NCBI GenBank assembly: GCA_001600815.1
Contig: BCKZ01000047.1
Coordinates: 1 to 48,122, forward strand
Length of the DNA: 48,122 nt
Source: Alloascoidea hylecoeti
Taxonomy: Eukaryota
Direction: 5' to 3'
Part shown: positions 13,167-26,620 of the stretch, in pieces
Layout: every line of letters starts with the position of its first letter
How positions within the stretch are numbered: the first letter of the stretch is position 1
Notes under the pieces: generated by a model
Seen by the model: only the letters and a program-made list of their open reading frames with translations
The model's database searches: none
Told to the model about the DNA's origin: nothing
Made by a program: the position numbers and the translations under genes

Positions 13167-13368
13167 TATTAATTGGAGGTACTTTTGGTTTCAATTTATA
13201 TCGTTAGATCATTTATTGTTTGATATCTGACATCTTTTGAGTGTGGTTATTATCTGCTTATTTTATTGTATATATATCTATCTTATCAAAACAAGTGGAA
13301 ATGGCTAACTATATAGTAACTACTAAATATTGATCCTTGCTTAATATAGAATCCAACAAAACTTAATA
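13167..13368 (-). mobile_element. Solo LTR of the TATTAA family
   Basis: ACAAGTGGAAATGGCTAACTATATAGTAACTACTAA matches the reverse complement of ~9957-9992; TATTAA/TTAATA ends. Confidence 0.65.
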
Positions 13369-13757
13369 CCCAACATTATACTACGAATTATGGCTAAGTT
13401 GTTAAATCGATAATATTCAAAGAACTCTAAAAGTATATATTGGTTCTATTACACCTCCTTCCGGTACAGTGAGTGACAAATTATAACGACAGTGCTTCAT
13501 TACTAATTTTGGTTATAATGGGTCCTGTCATAGGCAATGTGGATTATAATTTGTAATAGGAGACCGTTATAATTGTTATTGGATTCAAGAAATTGGTGCT
13601 ATTAATAATAGGCTATGGTTATCAATATTGTTCAGATGATCAACAATGTTAAACTATACCAATCAAAGAAATATAATACCTAATGATAGTACCTTCTCAC
13701 TGTTTACTTATTCATCATCTTCCAATAAAATACTATTAAGCTCACGTCTACAATACT

Positions 13758-14160
13758 ACATTGCCGGACCTCTTTCTGGTCTATCAACCACTATTGTCCT
13801 GGTAGTACTAGGTTTTAGGAGACCCACTAGATGAGATTGATTGAGATTTATAATCTCTTCTGTGAATGGTATTTGAAACCGATTATAAATATGAAGCTTA
13901 GACAATTCGTTCTCAACTATCTCTTTGGCTTCTTGAGCTGAACGAATTTCCCGGAATTTATTTGATTTATAAAGATAAGTCGCTAATGCATGCTTCTGTT
14001 GATTGTTGAATACAAATGATGTGTTCTCTCTGGTAGGTGTAACAGTACCTTCTTGTTTCCCAAAGATTTCTACGGCATCTTGAGTAGCTATGTGGCCTAA
14101 CTTTGATATATTGGAATAAGATGCTGACCAACTGCAGCAGCAGAGACCAAAGCGATTGGG
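13758..14160 (-). pseudogene. Coding-like relic of unknown origin (~130 stop-free codons, no ATG start)
   Basis: Manual translation ...ISKLGHIATQDAVEIFGKQEG...VDRPERGPAM*; GC is higher than the flanks. Confidence 0.4.
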
Positions 14161-14312
14161 TTAGTACCTGTCTCTATGCTCTTTCACCGATTCTCTCAGT
14201 AGCAAAGCACGAATTACTGGTAATATTCCCCCAGTCCTTTAATTGCTGCGGAAGGTTACGAAGGTAATGAATTGGCATGGTACTTTAAGCTTCTCACAAT
14301 GAGGGCAAGCAG

Positions 14313-14567
14313 TATTGGGATTAGATTATTAAGTTGAAATATTAAGGTTGAATCAAGGATTGAACCGTTTTGAGGTTTCGACTAGAAATAAATTAGATAT
14401 ATAAATAGTGGATAAATTCCATTTTAGAAAAGTAACTGAGAATAGATTAATAATTTTCCTATAACACATTAAATCGCTTACACAACAATGAGCTTAGAGA
14501 TTTATATTAAACAACTAAATGACACTGTGCAAGAATTGGTGAAGCTCAAGGAGGAGAAGGAACAAAA
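14313..14567 (+). mobile_element. Solo LTR (TATTGGG...GGAACAAAA family)
   Basis: TSD AGCAG on both sides. The 3' part encodes the gag start MSLEIYIKQLN, as at 40727. Confidence 0.9.
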
Positions 14568-14860
14568 AGCAGAAATGTTTTCCTGATCACCAGTGAATGC
14601 CATACAGAAATTGGAACAGTACCTAACTTCTGTAGGTTTTGGAATTTGAATGGCGTTGGTTATGGTTTTTTAATAGTGGTACGTGCTTATTCGTCCTATA
14701 ATACGAAGGTTCGATATGAGTAACATTTTTCGATATAGCTTTACAAATTCATTGAATCATGGTTGACTTTTAAGATTCAATTAACTTAAAATCCTATTTA
14801 ATTTCACAAATATCAATCTGAAAATTACAATGAATATTGAAAAATAGAGACATGTACAGA

Positions 14861-15571
14861 TTAAAATGCAATATGATCGATACCTTTAATTCCCACCAAT
14901 TCATCTGATAATCTTTTATCTTCTCCCATACCTTCCATGAATTGCTTAAGCATATTTGTCGCATATTTTAATTGTCTATCTTTACATGTGTTTGTGGTCA
15001 TAACTCCGTCTAAGGTTATTACACTTAATATAATACCCATTATGGAGTTATTTCTGGATTTCATGTTCTGCACACTGTTTGTACTCAACGTCGCGATATG
15101 CTCATCGGATTCATTAGCTTCCATTTCTCTATTAGGGGGACCATACAATTCCTTAGGTTCCAGTTTGTCTTCGGACTCATCAGCATCCATAGCTTCTGCC
15201 TCCAATTTGTCTTTATTAACAAAATTCGGAAAGGCTTGGTGCCGGTTAACCGTTGAAGTATCGAGCCCAATTACATTTCCCATATTTGATACTTCAATTG
15301 GGTTCGGGCCCTGCATATTTTGGGGCGCTTCAATGGGGTGGATGGGGAATCTTTGATTAGCACTGGTGCTTGGTGGCGGGTCGAAGATTGTATTGACTGA
15401 ATATGTGTGTGTGATGGGAGGTTTGAATTTCTTCCTTTGACGTTCCCGAGCCTTGTTTATTCTTCCACGAGCTCTCTTTTTCTCAAGTTTACGAGCTTGC
15501 AATTGATGATACATGTTCAAGTCCATTATTATTGTTGTTGGANACTTATTTAAGTTTAAGTTTACTTTCAT
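14861..15571 (-). CDS. Hypothetical protein with basic coiled (bZIP-basic-like) N-terminus; likely start M16 (MDLNMY)
   Basis: 236-codon ORF in very AT-rich DNA with segment RKLEKKRARGRINKARERQRKK; GTCACGTGA upstream at 15752. Confidence 0.55.
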   Translation of the reverse strand: MKVNLNLNKXPTTIIMDLNMYHQLQARKLEKKRARGRINKARERQRKKFKPPITHTYSVNTIFDPPPSTSANQRFPIHPIEAPQNMQGPNPIEVSNMGNVIGLDTSTVNRHQAFPNFVNKDKLEAEAMDADESEDKLEPKELYGPPNREMEANESDEHIATLSTNSVQNMKSRNNSIMGIILSVITLDGVMTTNTCKDRQLKYATNMLKQFMEGMGEDKRLSDELVGIKGIDHIAF

Positions 15572-16199
15572 CTTAATTAGTAATTTNTGGTGTAAGGGTG
15601 TTTGGAAGCTTTATATGTGATATAATATTTAATAAATTCTAATAAATTTTAATAATTATATATTTTACAATCCGAATCCGAAAACTCGTAAAATGCAAAC
15701 CGAATTCTAAAATCGAATATCTCGTTCCGTCCTGCGATACGGATGGACTCAGTCACGTGAAGTTTATCATATGCAGACGCATGCCGACGACAACGCATAC
15801 AAGCGACTTTGCATGGCTCCAAATTTTTCCAACCGTAGTTTTAGCGATTTTAAAAGAGGAATAGTAACTTATTTATAATACTTGTTCACATATGAATTGT
15901 GTATCATATAACGTTAACGTAAGCTGAGAGGTTTAAATGGCATAACTATAATTTTATTTAGGTGATATTGTTTATAACGTAGACATCAATAGATGTATTA
16001 TGTTATCATCTTCTCTAGATGGTGATAACCTCTTAATAATATTGATTGTAAAAGTTATAGATGTAGATTTTAACAATAATTAATAATAATCTGCTACATA
16101 AAAAAATATTTTTAAGTGCTTCGAAGACCTTTATCTAGGGTATATAGCAGTCTTATTAGATTTGAATTTAGGCCACACGACTTTTTTGGTGCAATGTTT

Positions 16200-16291
16200 G
16201 GCATAGGATATTGCACCACCCTTAGAACAGTTCACACAAATCAATTGGCTTTTTGGCGTTCATGTTAGAAACAGGCACCTAGAACTCTATT
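16200..16291 (+). mobile_element. Diverged relative of the 93-bp LTR
   Basis: Shares CTTAGAACAGTTCAC, ATTGGCTTTTTGGCG and ACAGGCAC. Confidence 0.7.
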
Positions 16292-18183
16292 TTTATTATT
16301 TTTAACTTGCTGCTATTTTTACTGGTTAATAGAGTTTTGTAAAATAAAAAATATCAATCTTCGATGATTATTACTTTCTTTACTATAACTTATCTTGGAG
16401 AAATAGTAGTATGATGCAATAGAATAAAATAAAAATAACAATAATCAATATTAAATGAAAAATCTTTGATTTCTGGAAAGCGTAACAGAAACAATTCCGC
16501 TTAGCCGTGTAATAAAATAAATCAATATTAATAGTACCAATAATTTATAAGAAGAGCTAACAATTTAAAATGTTTGATATACTCTTTTTGGTCATTTCTA
16601 GAAAATCAACTATATAAACATGTCTAGTCCATTATATGAGGAACAGTAAAAATCGAAAGATCAGCTTGCGGGTATATGAACAAAGACCTTCAAAATATAT
16701 TGGAATCTTGGTCCTCCTGGGAAGTCAGTCTAGCCTTCAAGATCTCTTGAGACCATGTTGTAGCAATATTATATGTTGGGAAATTAAATAATTCTCGGTA
16801 GATTTATTATAAGTAGGAAATATCTAGTCTTTATATAGTCTATTATTTTACCGTTCTAATACTATTATGGAAAACTCATTATTATACTAAATAGGTAAAT
16901 AATGAGATCAAATAACTATGTTAAAACACTTATCGAGTTTCATTAGTAACCTCGATTATTTTAACCTGAAATACCAAACTTAAATATTTCAGAGTAATTA
17001 TCAAAACAAAATCGATTTAGATTCTGCTTGTAAATACGGAAGCGATATTTACTCAGTTCATCAATCATATCTTTTTATATTCGGCAGATCTTTGCATTAT
17101 TGTCTACAGAAAGATTCAGTTACATCATTTAACTAAATTTTGATAACTGACTCAATCAAATACAAAATGTATTTAGATTCATTAAGTAGTGATTTATAAA
17201 AACTTGTCAGTTTGACACTTATAATTTTTTTTAATGTTTTTGTGGTTCTATTTTTGATATCAGTTTGAATTGAGTTTGAATGCAGTTTAGACTAGATTAT
17301 GATAGTTAATTTAGATTTCACTAGTAGCCTAATTTGATCCATAAGAATTTTTTTTTGCTATTTCTTAATGAACAAAAGTAGAAAAGATATCTAAGGAGTG
17401 TCCATTGTGATGAGCAAGGCTATACTGAGGTATTTTTGAGAGGATGATTTAGATTCTATATCTAATTATGACTACTGAGAAGATTCAGTAGAACACGATC
17501 AATAAATAAATGTGCACTGAAATATTTAGTAAAAAATGTAACATGTCATTGAACCTCGTATTTGACATTTTAACTTTTTAAAAGAGTTTTAAAACGACTG
17601 ACACCTCAACCAATGCAATATAAAGTTGTCTTAAAATTAACAAATAAGAAGATGGTGATAGAAAACTGTGATCGTTATGCGGAGGAAAGCTTGTCTCGGC
17701 TGACACTATTAAGTTGCATATCATAGTTGAATATAAACGGCGATATGCTATTGTGGAAATGTTTGAAAATAATAAATACCACCTTGAATCATTCCATTTT
17801 CATGAACTTTAAAAAAATTATTTGATAAACTTCGGTAACAGAACTGACCGTTCTCTCAGCGTTATTGGGTAGGACCGCGTTGCCTTTTTTAGATATCTCT
17901 ACTTGTTGCTGTCAAACATTATGGCTTATTCGAATGGAAGTGAGCCCAAAATGAAATAGGTTACAAACTTTACCCCTTATTTGTGAGCTTGGGTACCCCA
18001 AAATTAAAACCCGGGTGACCTTTTTTATAGAAAGAAATCGAAGGCCTGTTGGAACAGTTTAGAAGAGCTTTTTCAATTTTGTGGTCAGTTCAGTTGCTGA
18101 TCAGGAAGGTCATAAATATATATAGCGAAGACTTACTATAATTATATCTTCTATATATGTTTCTAAGAGAACTACAATCACTT

Positions 18184-18436
18184 TGTTGATTATATGGAAG
18201 AACATGGTGGAACAAATTTATAGCCCATTATTTAGATTAACTAGACTAAATAGTTTTCGGGGATTCCATAATTTATATGGAGGAATTCCCACATTTTTAG
18301 AAGGTATCGTAAAAATATAATATAATAAATATATTCATATTTAATTTCCAAGAGTTTACGAACAACGTGTTTATACAATCTGAGGACATCAATTAACAAT
18401 GAGCGAACAAGAATCAACATCTAATTCTATTCAACA
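18184..18436 (+). mobile_element. Solo LTR (TGTTGA...TCAACA family)
   Basis: Duplicate of 9133-9372; ends TTCAACA. Confidence 0.7.
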
Positions 18437-19152
18437 CTTTTATTTTTCTTTGAAACTGTTTTAAGGAAATCTATATATATATATATATATAAGTATATAA
18501 TTAATATTGTAAAGGTTAATTATTTAGGTATTTTAATGAAGATGTGCGGTAAATATACAAATTAAAATGTAATGTTTTTCCCATGGATTGAATAGTATTT
18601 CAATTGGGTCCGGTGGCAAAACTATATAATATCCTTTATCCAATTTTTAAGTATCTGTCCAACTACTTGAAATCATATCCGAAAGAGCATAGATATGAGC
18701 ACTATGGTAGTGATGATAACATAGTTATAGTATAATTTTAAGTCAACTTAGTATAAGGACTTGGATACCTTAGTTGCCATCTTCATTACTCCGGATTAGC
18801 TTTCTTTTACTTGTTATGACAGTTGATAATATTGTCAAAGCTTGTAAACCATCTGTACTCAACATATTGCTGGGGAAAAAAGGAACTAAAGAGTGTAACA
18901 TATTATCTCCTGTTTTATAAAATTTATAGACTTGCTGGTTAGTAATTATTAGAATAAATATGCATCCGTTAATGTATCGATATCAATAACTTATCTCTTT
19001 ATTTGCTTGATGCTAACATAATACAGGTCTAAAAATCTTCCAATTTACAAATAAATTCTATCACAAATATGCTGGCAATTCTAATAACAAATGAGAGGAA
19101 AGGATAAAAGTGACAAACTCTACTCCCTATTTAAGCGAAATTTAGTGAATGT

Positions 19153-19334
19153 TATTGGGTTTATTAGCTTGAAACATCATGGCTTAGAAGATTTAGAAAC
19201 ATTTTGAGGCATAGAATAAATTTCCTATAACACTGTAAAATCGCTTACACAACAATGAGCTTAGAGATTTATATTAAACAACTAAATGACACTATGCAAG
19301 AATTGGTGAAGCTCAAGGAGGAGAAGGAATAATA
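19153..19334 (+). mobile_element. Solo LTR (TATTGGG family), internally deleted
   Basis: Same 3' half as 14313-14567; flanking (A)ATGT duplication. Confidence 0.85.
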
Positions 19335-20040
19335 ATGTTATTTTTCATTTGGCTTGGAATTATATTCAAAATTATGTAGCGCTGTTCTTAAAACTTAAGC
19401 TTCTAGTTTAAAGGTACTAGTGCTTCCTATTAGAACGGCAATTCTTTTCATTCTTGACTAAATATAGTAAGTTAGTTATAATATAAAAAATAGGAGAAAA
19501 GAAGAAAAAAGTAGATAAAAAATAATATAATACTATATCTCTAGTGGTCTTTATTTTAGAAAAATTGATAGCTGTTCTTAACGTATTCAGCTGATCTAAA
19601 TATCGGCATACTGAGATTACAATTCTCTGAAATACTAATTGGTGCCTAGCTAATAGCTCTTTATGCTCACTTTATTCAATCTACACTGCATAAGTTTGGT
19701 GGTATTACAAAACGCACACGTGATATTAAAGCAGGTAAAAATTGGTTTTCTAAACCATCGGATCTAATCACTTCTGCTTCTTACTTGCAAATTCAATATG
19801 GATTCTCTTTCAACCTCTTTTGATATACCTATTTCACGGTGTTAGATGTAAGATTATTTTTTTGCTATTTTACAAGTTACTTTATAATAACTATCTTAAT
19901 AATCTAATGATTAAATTTAAACTGTTTTGAAGATATTAACATATACAATATCTAAGTTTAATTATTGAAAAATAGTTGGTGGCGTTTCATTATTTTTAGA
20001 ATCGATGATATCCCCAATACATTCATATTATAAATACTAA

Positions 20041-20216
20041 TAAATGATGATTTTTATAAATTGATCAGCTTAAATTCATAAACAAAAATCAATGGTCGCA
20101 TTTATGAAGAATTAATTAACAGATTTATTTATGGATCTTGTTTAATTATCTTAATAAACGATTTGCATTTTGGTTATGATGTACTATGAATAGTTTACTA
20201 TAATATTTCTGAAATT
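20041..20216 (+). ncRNA. Family A orphan box C/D RNA
   Basis: ATGATGA 20044, CTGA 20209, CACGTG 19717, GTAAGA 19848, hairpin relic 20389. Confidence 0.7.
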
Positions 20217-21119
20217 AATTAGTGATCATTTAAAGATATCTTGCTGGTGGCAAATTTGATAAATATGGAAATTTTCCGAATGCCTAGAAATAAATGGTAG
20301 CTCTATAACTTTTATAATCTATACTTATCATTTTCATCTTTATCGTGTTATTATTATAACCACTTCAATAAATTTATATATAATATAGCTCATTGCAAAC
20401 CGACTGCAATAACTTTTAATGAAGTAACTTGAAATATAAGCATCACTTTAACTAAAGCTCACAGATTCTTATTTTTAGAATTGTTATATTTTGCAGTTCT
20501 AATATTTGCGGTTTAATAATTGCTTTTATCTATTGTATCATGACATAGATATGTGAAGATCACATAAAATTTATAACTTTAGCCTCCAATTCCACGTATA
20601 TTAAATACTTGAATGCAAATTTAATGAATACTTCGCCAAGATATAAATTGTTGTATACGTGAAGGTAGAGGATAATAAAAAACTTAAGTGATAACTTAAA
20701 ATAATAAAATCTACTCATTCCTCTACTTCGTTACATGTAATCTTATAGTAATTCGCAGAAATTAAACAGGTAAGAAGACAATTCTTAATAAATAATATAT
20801 CCAAAACAACACAAATTTTGGTATAACATGTACTATCTAGAATCACTATTAATTACAAATAAAAAGAGATATTGAAAAGATTTTCGTGACCTTACTTGAT
20901 GTTATACATAATTTCTACTTTTAATTGAAATGACAAAGAGCGCAATCCATCCATTTGATATAGATATTGAGTCACTTATCCCTATGATATTGATACGCAT
21001 ACAGTTAATGAATTCGATATGTCTAATATAACCTATAGTTGAATTTCGAATAAATGGAAATAAACCATATATCGCTTTGGGAATTTTGATAGTTTTTAAG
21101 TTTAAGGTACGTAGGTTTA

Positions 21120-21990
21120 ACAGTTATTAAACTATAATAGTGATCAATTGTATAAACTTGAATATGTTTTAAATAACTTCACTAAATTTTCAATGCATAA
21201 TTGAATTACGTTTAGCAGCATGAAGAATAAATTCACTTGTTACAACGAACCACAAATGTGGTTATTTATGAAACAGAACCATTTGAAATCAGAAAGGGTG
21301 CTTGGTATATAATAAAAGTTTTTCTTAGGAAAATTAATATATTCTTAGTAAAAAATATGTTTAATAAGAAGTGAATTCATATAGTTTAACAAGGAGAAAT
21401 TAGTGTGGGTAAAGAAACATGAGTTAGAAATGTAAAATATCACCCCGAGTAGCGTGATAATAACATAATGTGATAATCGATAGTAAATTCCTAATCGTTT
21501 TATAATGATTTGAATTACAGGATTTGATGATAGAATCACATAGATTATTAATTCGTAGATCCTTATTAGTGAGATAACGACGAATATTATGGTTTTAATA
21601 ACTATAAATCTTATCTGGATATGAAATGTTTCCAATTCAACAGAGTCATATTAGATTCAATTAAATATGTATAAAAGCGATTTATATGTAATACCTATCA
21701 AAATGAAGAGGTTTACGCGTAACAATCTCTTGGAATAAGGTGAAAAAATTTAGTAATAAATAGATCATGGTATTAGTGCTCTAAAATATAGAAGCAATAT
21801 CCATTGTAGAGTTAAGGATCAAACCATTTGAACCCTTCAGTTTATAGAGAAATGAATCTCTGTTGAATATAGCAAAGGAAATAATAGCAGAATTGGATTG
21901 AATTAATAAAGATAAATCTGTAGGTTGAAGTAATTTACAATTATTCGTAATGTAATTTGCAGCTGAGACTGTAAATAACCATATACATTT
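21120..21990 (-). ncRNA. Family B relic split by ~530 bp of unrelated sequence
   Basis: Downstream block ~21120-21240, box D at 21292-21289, GAGAAATGAATCTC at ~21847, upstream block ~21931-21990; box C lost. Confidence 0.45.
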
Positions 21991-22477
21991 AGTATTTTTT
22001 CACTTTAAGAAGTATTGCATTTTGGTGCAATGAGATTAACAAAGTCTCTTTGAGAAATATTTTAAGTTTATATTGGTATATTTATAATCGAGTTCATACT
22101 CAACTTACTTGGATTGAAACTCTATATAAAATCGCAGAAGATAAGCACGTGAAATAAAACGAAATTGATATAAATATTGAATTTTCCCAACCATCCATTC
22201 CATTCTTTCAAATTTTATTTTGTATTTCTTAGGATATGGAATGTCATATATATATGGTATCTATACACTTGACCCTATGTTATTATTGTGAATTTATTAT
22301 TTTATAAATGTTTTGGATATTATCTTCTTATAACTATCCCATAATTCAAATGGTAGTATTTAAAATGTTTTGAACAAGATGTTCAGTTTTATAATTCTCT
22401 AACTTTTATTTTTAAAATATTGTGAGTGATTAGTAGAGGCTTGGATTAGAATTTTCTGGTAATTTCGTATTTTTATT

Positions 22478-22654
22478 TAATTGATGATGATTTATATAAC
22501 TTAGTGAGCTTAAATTCTTCAACCAATCGATGATTGTATTATAAAGAATTAATTAACAGATTCATTTATGGATTACATTTGATTATCTTAATAATCCCTT
22601 CACATTTGGGTTATGATTTGCAATGATTAAGTTAATTCAATATATCTGAAATTT
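22478..22654 (+). ncRNA. Family A orphan box C/D RNA
   Basis: ATGATGA 22484, CTGA 22646, CACGTG 22146, CAG then hairpin at 22835. Confidence 0.7.
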
Positions 22655-23551
22655 ATAAATAATAAAGATATCTCACTGGTGTCAAATTTTAAAGATTTGG
22701 ATATTCTATTAGAATGAAATAATATTTATGATTAAATGATATTCATACAGTTCGCTTAAGATATACCTATTATTATCATTCGTGTAGTTTTATTGTGCAA
22801 CTGATTATATGAATATATTTAATATGTTCTGCAGGTCATTACAAACCAACTGAAATGACTGGTGATAGAGATAGAACTCAATATATTAATAATACTTTTA
22901 ATTGATGATTACAGATCTTAATTTTACAAATTGACGTAATATCTGTAGTTTATTAATTGTTTGAATATATGGTAACATAGTATGGATATAGCAGGATAAA
23001 TTAAACCTGGTGCACAAGCTTTCAATTCCACGTAGCATACCTCAATAGAAGCTTTGTGAATATTCAGGACATAACTACTTTAATCTTATAATAACTTGAG
23101 TAAATTAAATAGGTAAATATGACTATAGATTAGCATAGATATATTTTTACGACATTATCATTCTAATCACAAATATTAAAGAGGCATACGTATGTCTTCT
23201 ATGTTTTCATTTTCGGGAAAAGTGAAACCGTGAGACACTAAAGGGTCCCATGACCTGAAAATTGTTAGACCTGAACCCGTATTACATGTATAGTATAAAC
23301 TATAAAACAATTTCAAGTATATTCAATTAAAGCATATATGACTTCAGAAATCTTGCAAGCTTTTAAGAATTAATAAAACTATAATATTGATCGATTGCAT
23401 AAACTTGAATATGTTTTGAGCAAACTTACCTAATTTTCAAGGCTTAATTCATATCCTTTTGCCGCCATGAATAATAATATCACATAGAACTTTGTGCAGA
23501 ATATGCGATTGTTTCATTTAAACTAGAAAAGTGTTGTTGCTAATTGAATAG

Positions 23552-23823
23552 TTTGCATCAGAAAGCTTGCATGATATATAATGTTAAAGTTCAAAGTGCC
23601 TGTTCTCCCAGTTGCGCCAAAAAGCCAATCGACTCTTTAGTGAACTGTTCTAAGAGTGTAATATATATCCAACATATAATACCTTTCAATATCTTCCCGA
23701 ACATTGATGACTGGTCAATGTTACTTTATCAGGAAGAGAGCAGTGAATCTCTATGAAATAGACCAGGGGAGATGGCAAATAAACATAACCAAATTGATTG
23801 CAAGAGATCATCACATGCAGATG
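23552..23823 (-). ncRNA. Family B C/D RNA disrupted by a solo LTR
   Basis: GTGATGA (23814-23808), CTGA (23561-23558), insertion at 23582-23674. Confidence 0.65.
23582..23674 (-). mobile_element. 93-bp solo LTR
   Basis: TSD TATAA on both sides. Confidence 0.9.
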
Positions 23824-24025
23824 TTAATGGCGCTCGTAAGAGCCTCAAACCGCAGTCGAGCAATACAAGTGGAGAATAAGAATACAAAGCAATTGATTAT
23901 ATTGTGTCGTTGAGCTCAAATAAAATGTGATAAAGAAAAAAAGGTGGAACTTTGTACATTTATAGTCATTCGTGATGTAGTCTACAGCACAGACTTTAAA
24001 TTACAGTATCGCTATGCTATTGCAT

Positions 24026-24140
24026 TATAAAGAATTTATTAACAGATTTATTCATCAATCTGTTTTAGTCATCTTAATAATTGATTGATCTTTTGGTTAT
24101 CAAGTGTTATAAATTGGCTTATTCAAAATATCTGAAATTA
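24026..24140 (+). ncRNA. Family A, 5'-truncated copy
   Basis: AAGAATTTATTAACAGATTTA...ATCTGAAATT; abuts the family B upstream block. Confidence 0.5.
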
Positions 24141-24477
24141 ATGAATGATATATGGTACTTGAATATTTTTATAAGAGATGCCTATGATTATACCTCTATA
24201 GCTAATAGTTTGATTGCTCAAAGAATTATCAAAGGTCTAGATATAAATAATGAATAAGTTCTTATTTTTCAACTTAAATACATTTATATAATTGGTTAAT
24301 TATATATCAATAAAAGCTTATGGAGAAAAAAAAAGAAAAATATTTGCGAATTTAACATTTAATTATGAGTACCAAATCTATTGGTATAAGGAAGTTAAAA
24401 CCTAGCAGATATTGTTTCTATCTTTCTAAATAATTCGCCACCAGAACCGTTTGGATATTTTGATCACTTACTAGATA

Positions 24478-24650
24478 GATCTCAGATATATTGCATTAAC
24501 TTATTCATGGCAATTCATAATCAAAAGGATGTATCAATTAATAAGATAATGAAACAAGATTTAAATATAAATCTGTTAATTAATTCTGTAAAATAGCATC
24601 AAAAACTTTTGTAGAAGAATATAAAACAGTTATCATAATCATCATCAATT
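24478..24650 (-). ncRNA. Family A orphan box C/D RNA
   Basis: ATGATGA (24645-24639), CTGA (24485-24482), GTAAGT (24756-24751), CACGTG 24857. Confidence 0.7.
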
Positions 24651-26448
24651 CCAATATACTCTATTTCACATCTCCAACTTCCCTGAAAAAAATTATATAT
24701 TTAATTGTTAACCTAAATTTCAAAAACAGAACATGGAAATTGTAAAAGGAACTTACTCCTTTATTTAGGCCCTTATATTATAAGATTAACTGTTGATCGG
24801 TTTTATTCAAAGAATGGAATAGATTTTGGAGAATTCGAATTCGAAATTAATATTAACACGTGTTCCTATTTTTTTTCTTCTCGTCTTTATCTAATATAAT
24901 GTATAATTGAGAAGGAAAGGGACATAATAGAATAGTATTCCAGATTACTGTTAAAATGGAGTGCTGAATAGTATATGGTGGTAATAAATTAGGTGGAGAC
25001 CATAAAATAAATTAAACCTGTGATTAACTAGCATTATTTTAGAATAAAACTGAAGAGAGAAATCCGTTTAAAAAATAAGAGAAGGTTATCATTTGATTAA
25101 GAAAGATAATAATTTTTATATTTTGCAGATTAAACAAGCTTCCCCATTTAGGCCATTAAAATAACTTCGTTATATATATGAAACTGCACATCTTTCACAT
25201 TACAATTATATCTGTATTTTATTAATTTCAGATATTGAAATAATATATTGAAAGTGATTGATACCTAAAAGATTAATCGATATTTTTAGATACAAGATTT
25301 AAATATTTCTGCTAATTAACTTATTGGGTTTGAAGTAATAGAATGAAATAGGAGTTAAAATAAGAAAACAGTGTTTGAGTTACTTCATTTTATTCGAATT
25401 TTTCCTCTCTCAACTTCACTCGTTGATTCATAGTTTTTGCAAATTGCTTTATATTATCTTCTAGATTGGAATTCATTGTGTAAATAGAGTAATCTTTTGT
25501 TTTGGGAAACATATAATCTCAGTTAATTTATTGTAGGTAGGATTTATCTACTCTTTATATATCTAAACTATTCCTATTTTAATACCCTTATAGAACTCAT
25601 TGGAATACAAGATGTGATTAAAACAAATATGTTGTATAATCAAAACATTTATAAAACATATATGATGTGCCATTAATTCATAGATTAATAATACCGAGTT
25701 TTCAACTCTAAGAATCAAACCTAAATATTCCTACCCAATAATCACAATACATTTATTTATTCTTTCTTTCTCTCCCACATCTATTTAGAAATCATAACAT
25801 CTTTCTTCTTTGCAACAAGAAGTAAAACATTTACTTTATATTAAGAAAGCCAAATACAGTTGGAGGTTAATATTGATATGAGACGGCCGTACCAATTCTT
25901 AAAAGGAACCGAAATAAGTTTAAAAATTTTAAACATTATAAATACCCGGTGGAATATTTGGTTCCACTAATGGCTGGAAATTGTATAATAACATGTCTGA
26001 ACATTAGTATCCCTTGTTGCTAGTTATTTGATTATTAAAGTGGTGAAAATAAAGTGTAATCACCTTATTGTCATTTACAAGAAATTTCAATACTATTAAT
26101 TTCTATAGGGGTCTTTTATTGAAAATAGATACCACTAATAATGCATCTAATTTTCCGAAATACTAATAATCATAACGTGTAAGTAATATTGATATTTCAA
26201 ATCACTCAAAAGTCTCCATCATCTTTCATTTGTAATTCCGTGTCAACATCCCCCTATATTAGATAAAACTTCCTCAATTAGTATACAACATTCATTAAAA
26301 GGTTACCTGGTAATCATTATAGAAGCTGTATTAACACATACATCATTTAGTTATAAATATCTATTGATATAATAAAAAACATTTACTAGTAATACCTCAT
26401 AAAATTTGAGTTTAATACTCGCCACCAGGCATCATACCTATTTTTAAT

Positions 26449-26620
26449 AAATTTCAGATATATTGAGTTAACTTATTCATGGAAGCTAACAATCAAAATA
26501 TTTATCGATTATTAAGGTAATAAACATGATCCATAAATAAATCTATTAATTAATTCTTAATAATATGATCATCGATTTTTGTATAAGAATATCAGCTGAT
26601 CAAGTTATAATCATCATCAA
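26449..26620 (-). ncRNA. Family A orphan box C/D RNA
   Basis: ATGATGA (26617-26611), CTGA (26457-26454), GTAAGT (26838-26833), CACGTG 26950. Confidence 0.7.

Noticed and set aside
14937..15356. 139-aa plus-strand ORF (and 41446-41967 on the minus strand)
   Set aside because: Antisense shadows of the longer ORFs on the opposite strand.
16680..17150. Possible decayed non-LTR RT (RKYLVF, KYGSDIY)
   Set aside because: Motifs are too short and the frames too broken to support a call.
17400..18110. GC-richer tract, possibly a DNA transposon relic or end
   Set aside because: No TIR pair, TSD or convincing transposase motif found.
22478..22654. Family A as a protein pseudogene (frame IDDDYYNLISLN...ELINRFIYGSCLIILIID, faintly small-GTPase-like)
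   Set aside because: All six frames of my consensus contain several stops shared between copies, whereas C/D boxes, terminal stem and pairing are retained. Not formally excluded without a codon-periodicity test.
25225..25320. Very degenerate family A-like segment (similar hints at ~4470-4520 and ~11430-11530)
   Set aside because: Similarity is marginal in AT-rich DNA; needs a covariance-model search.
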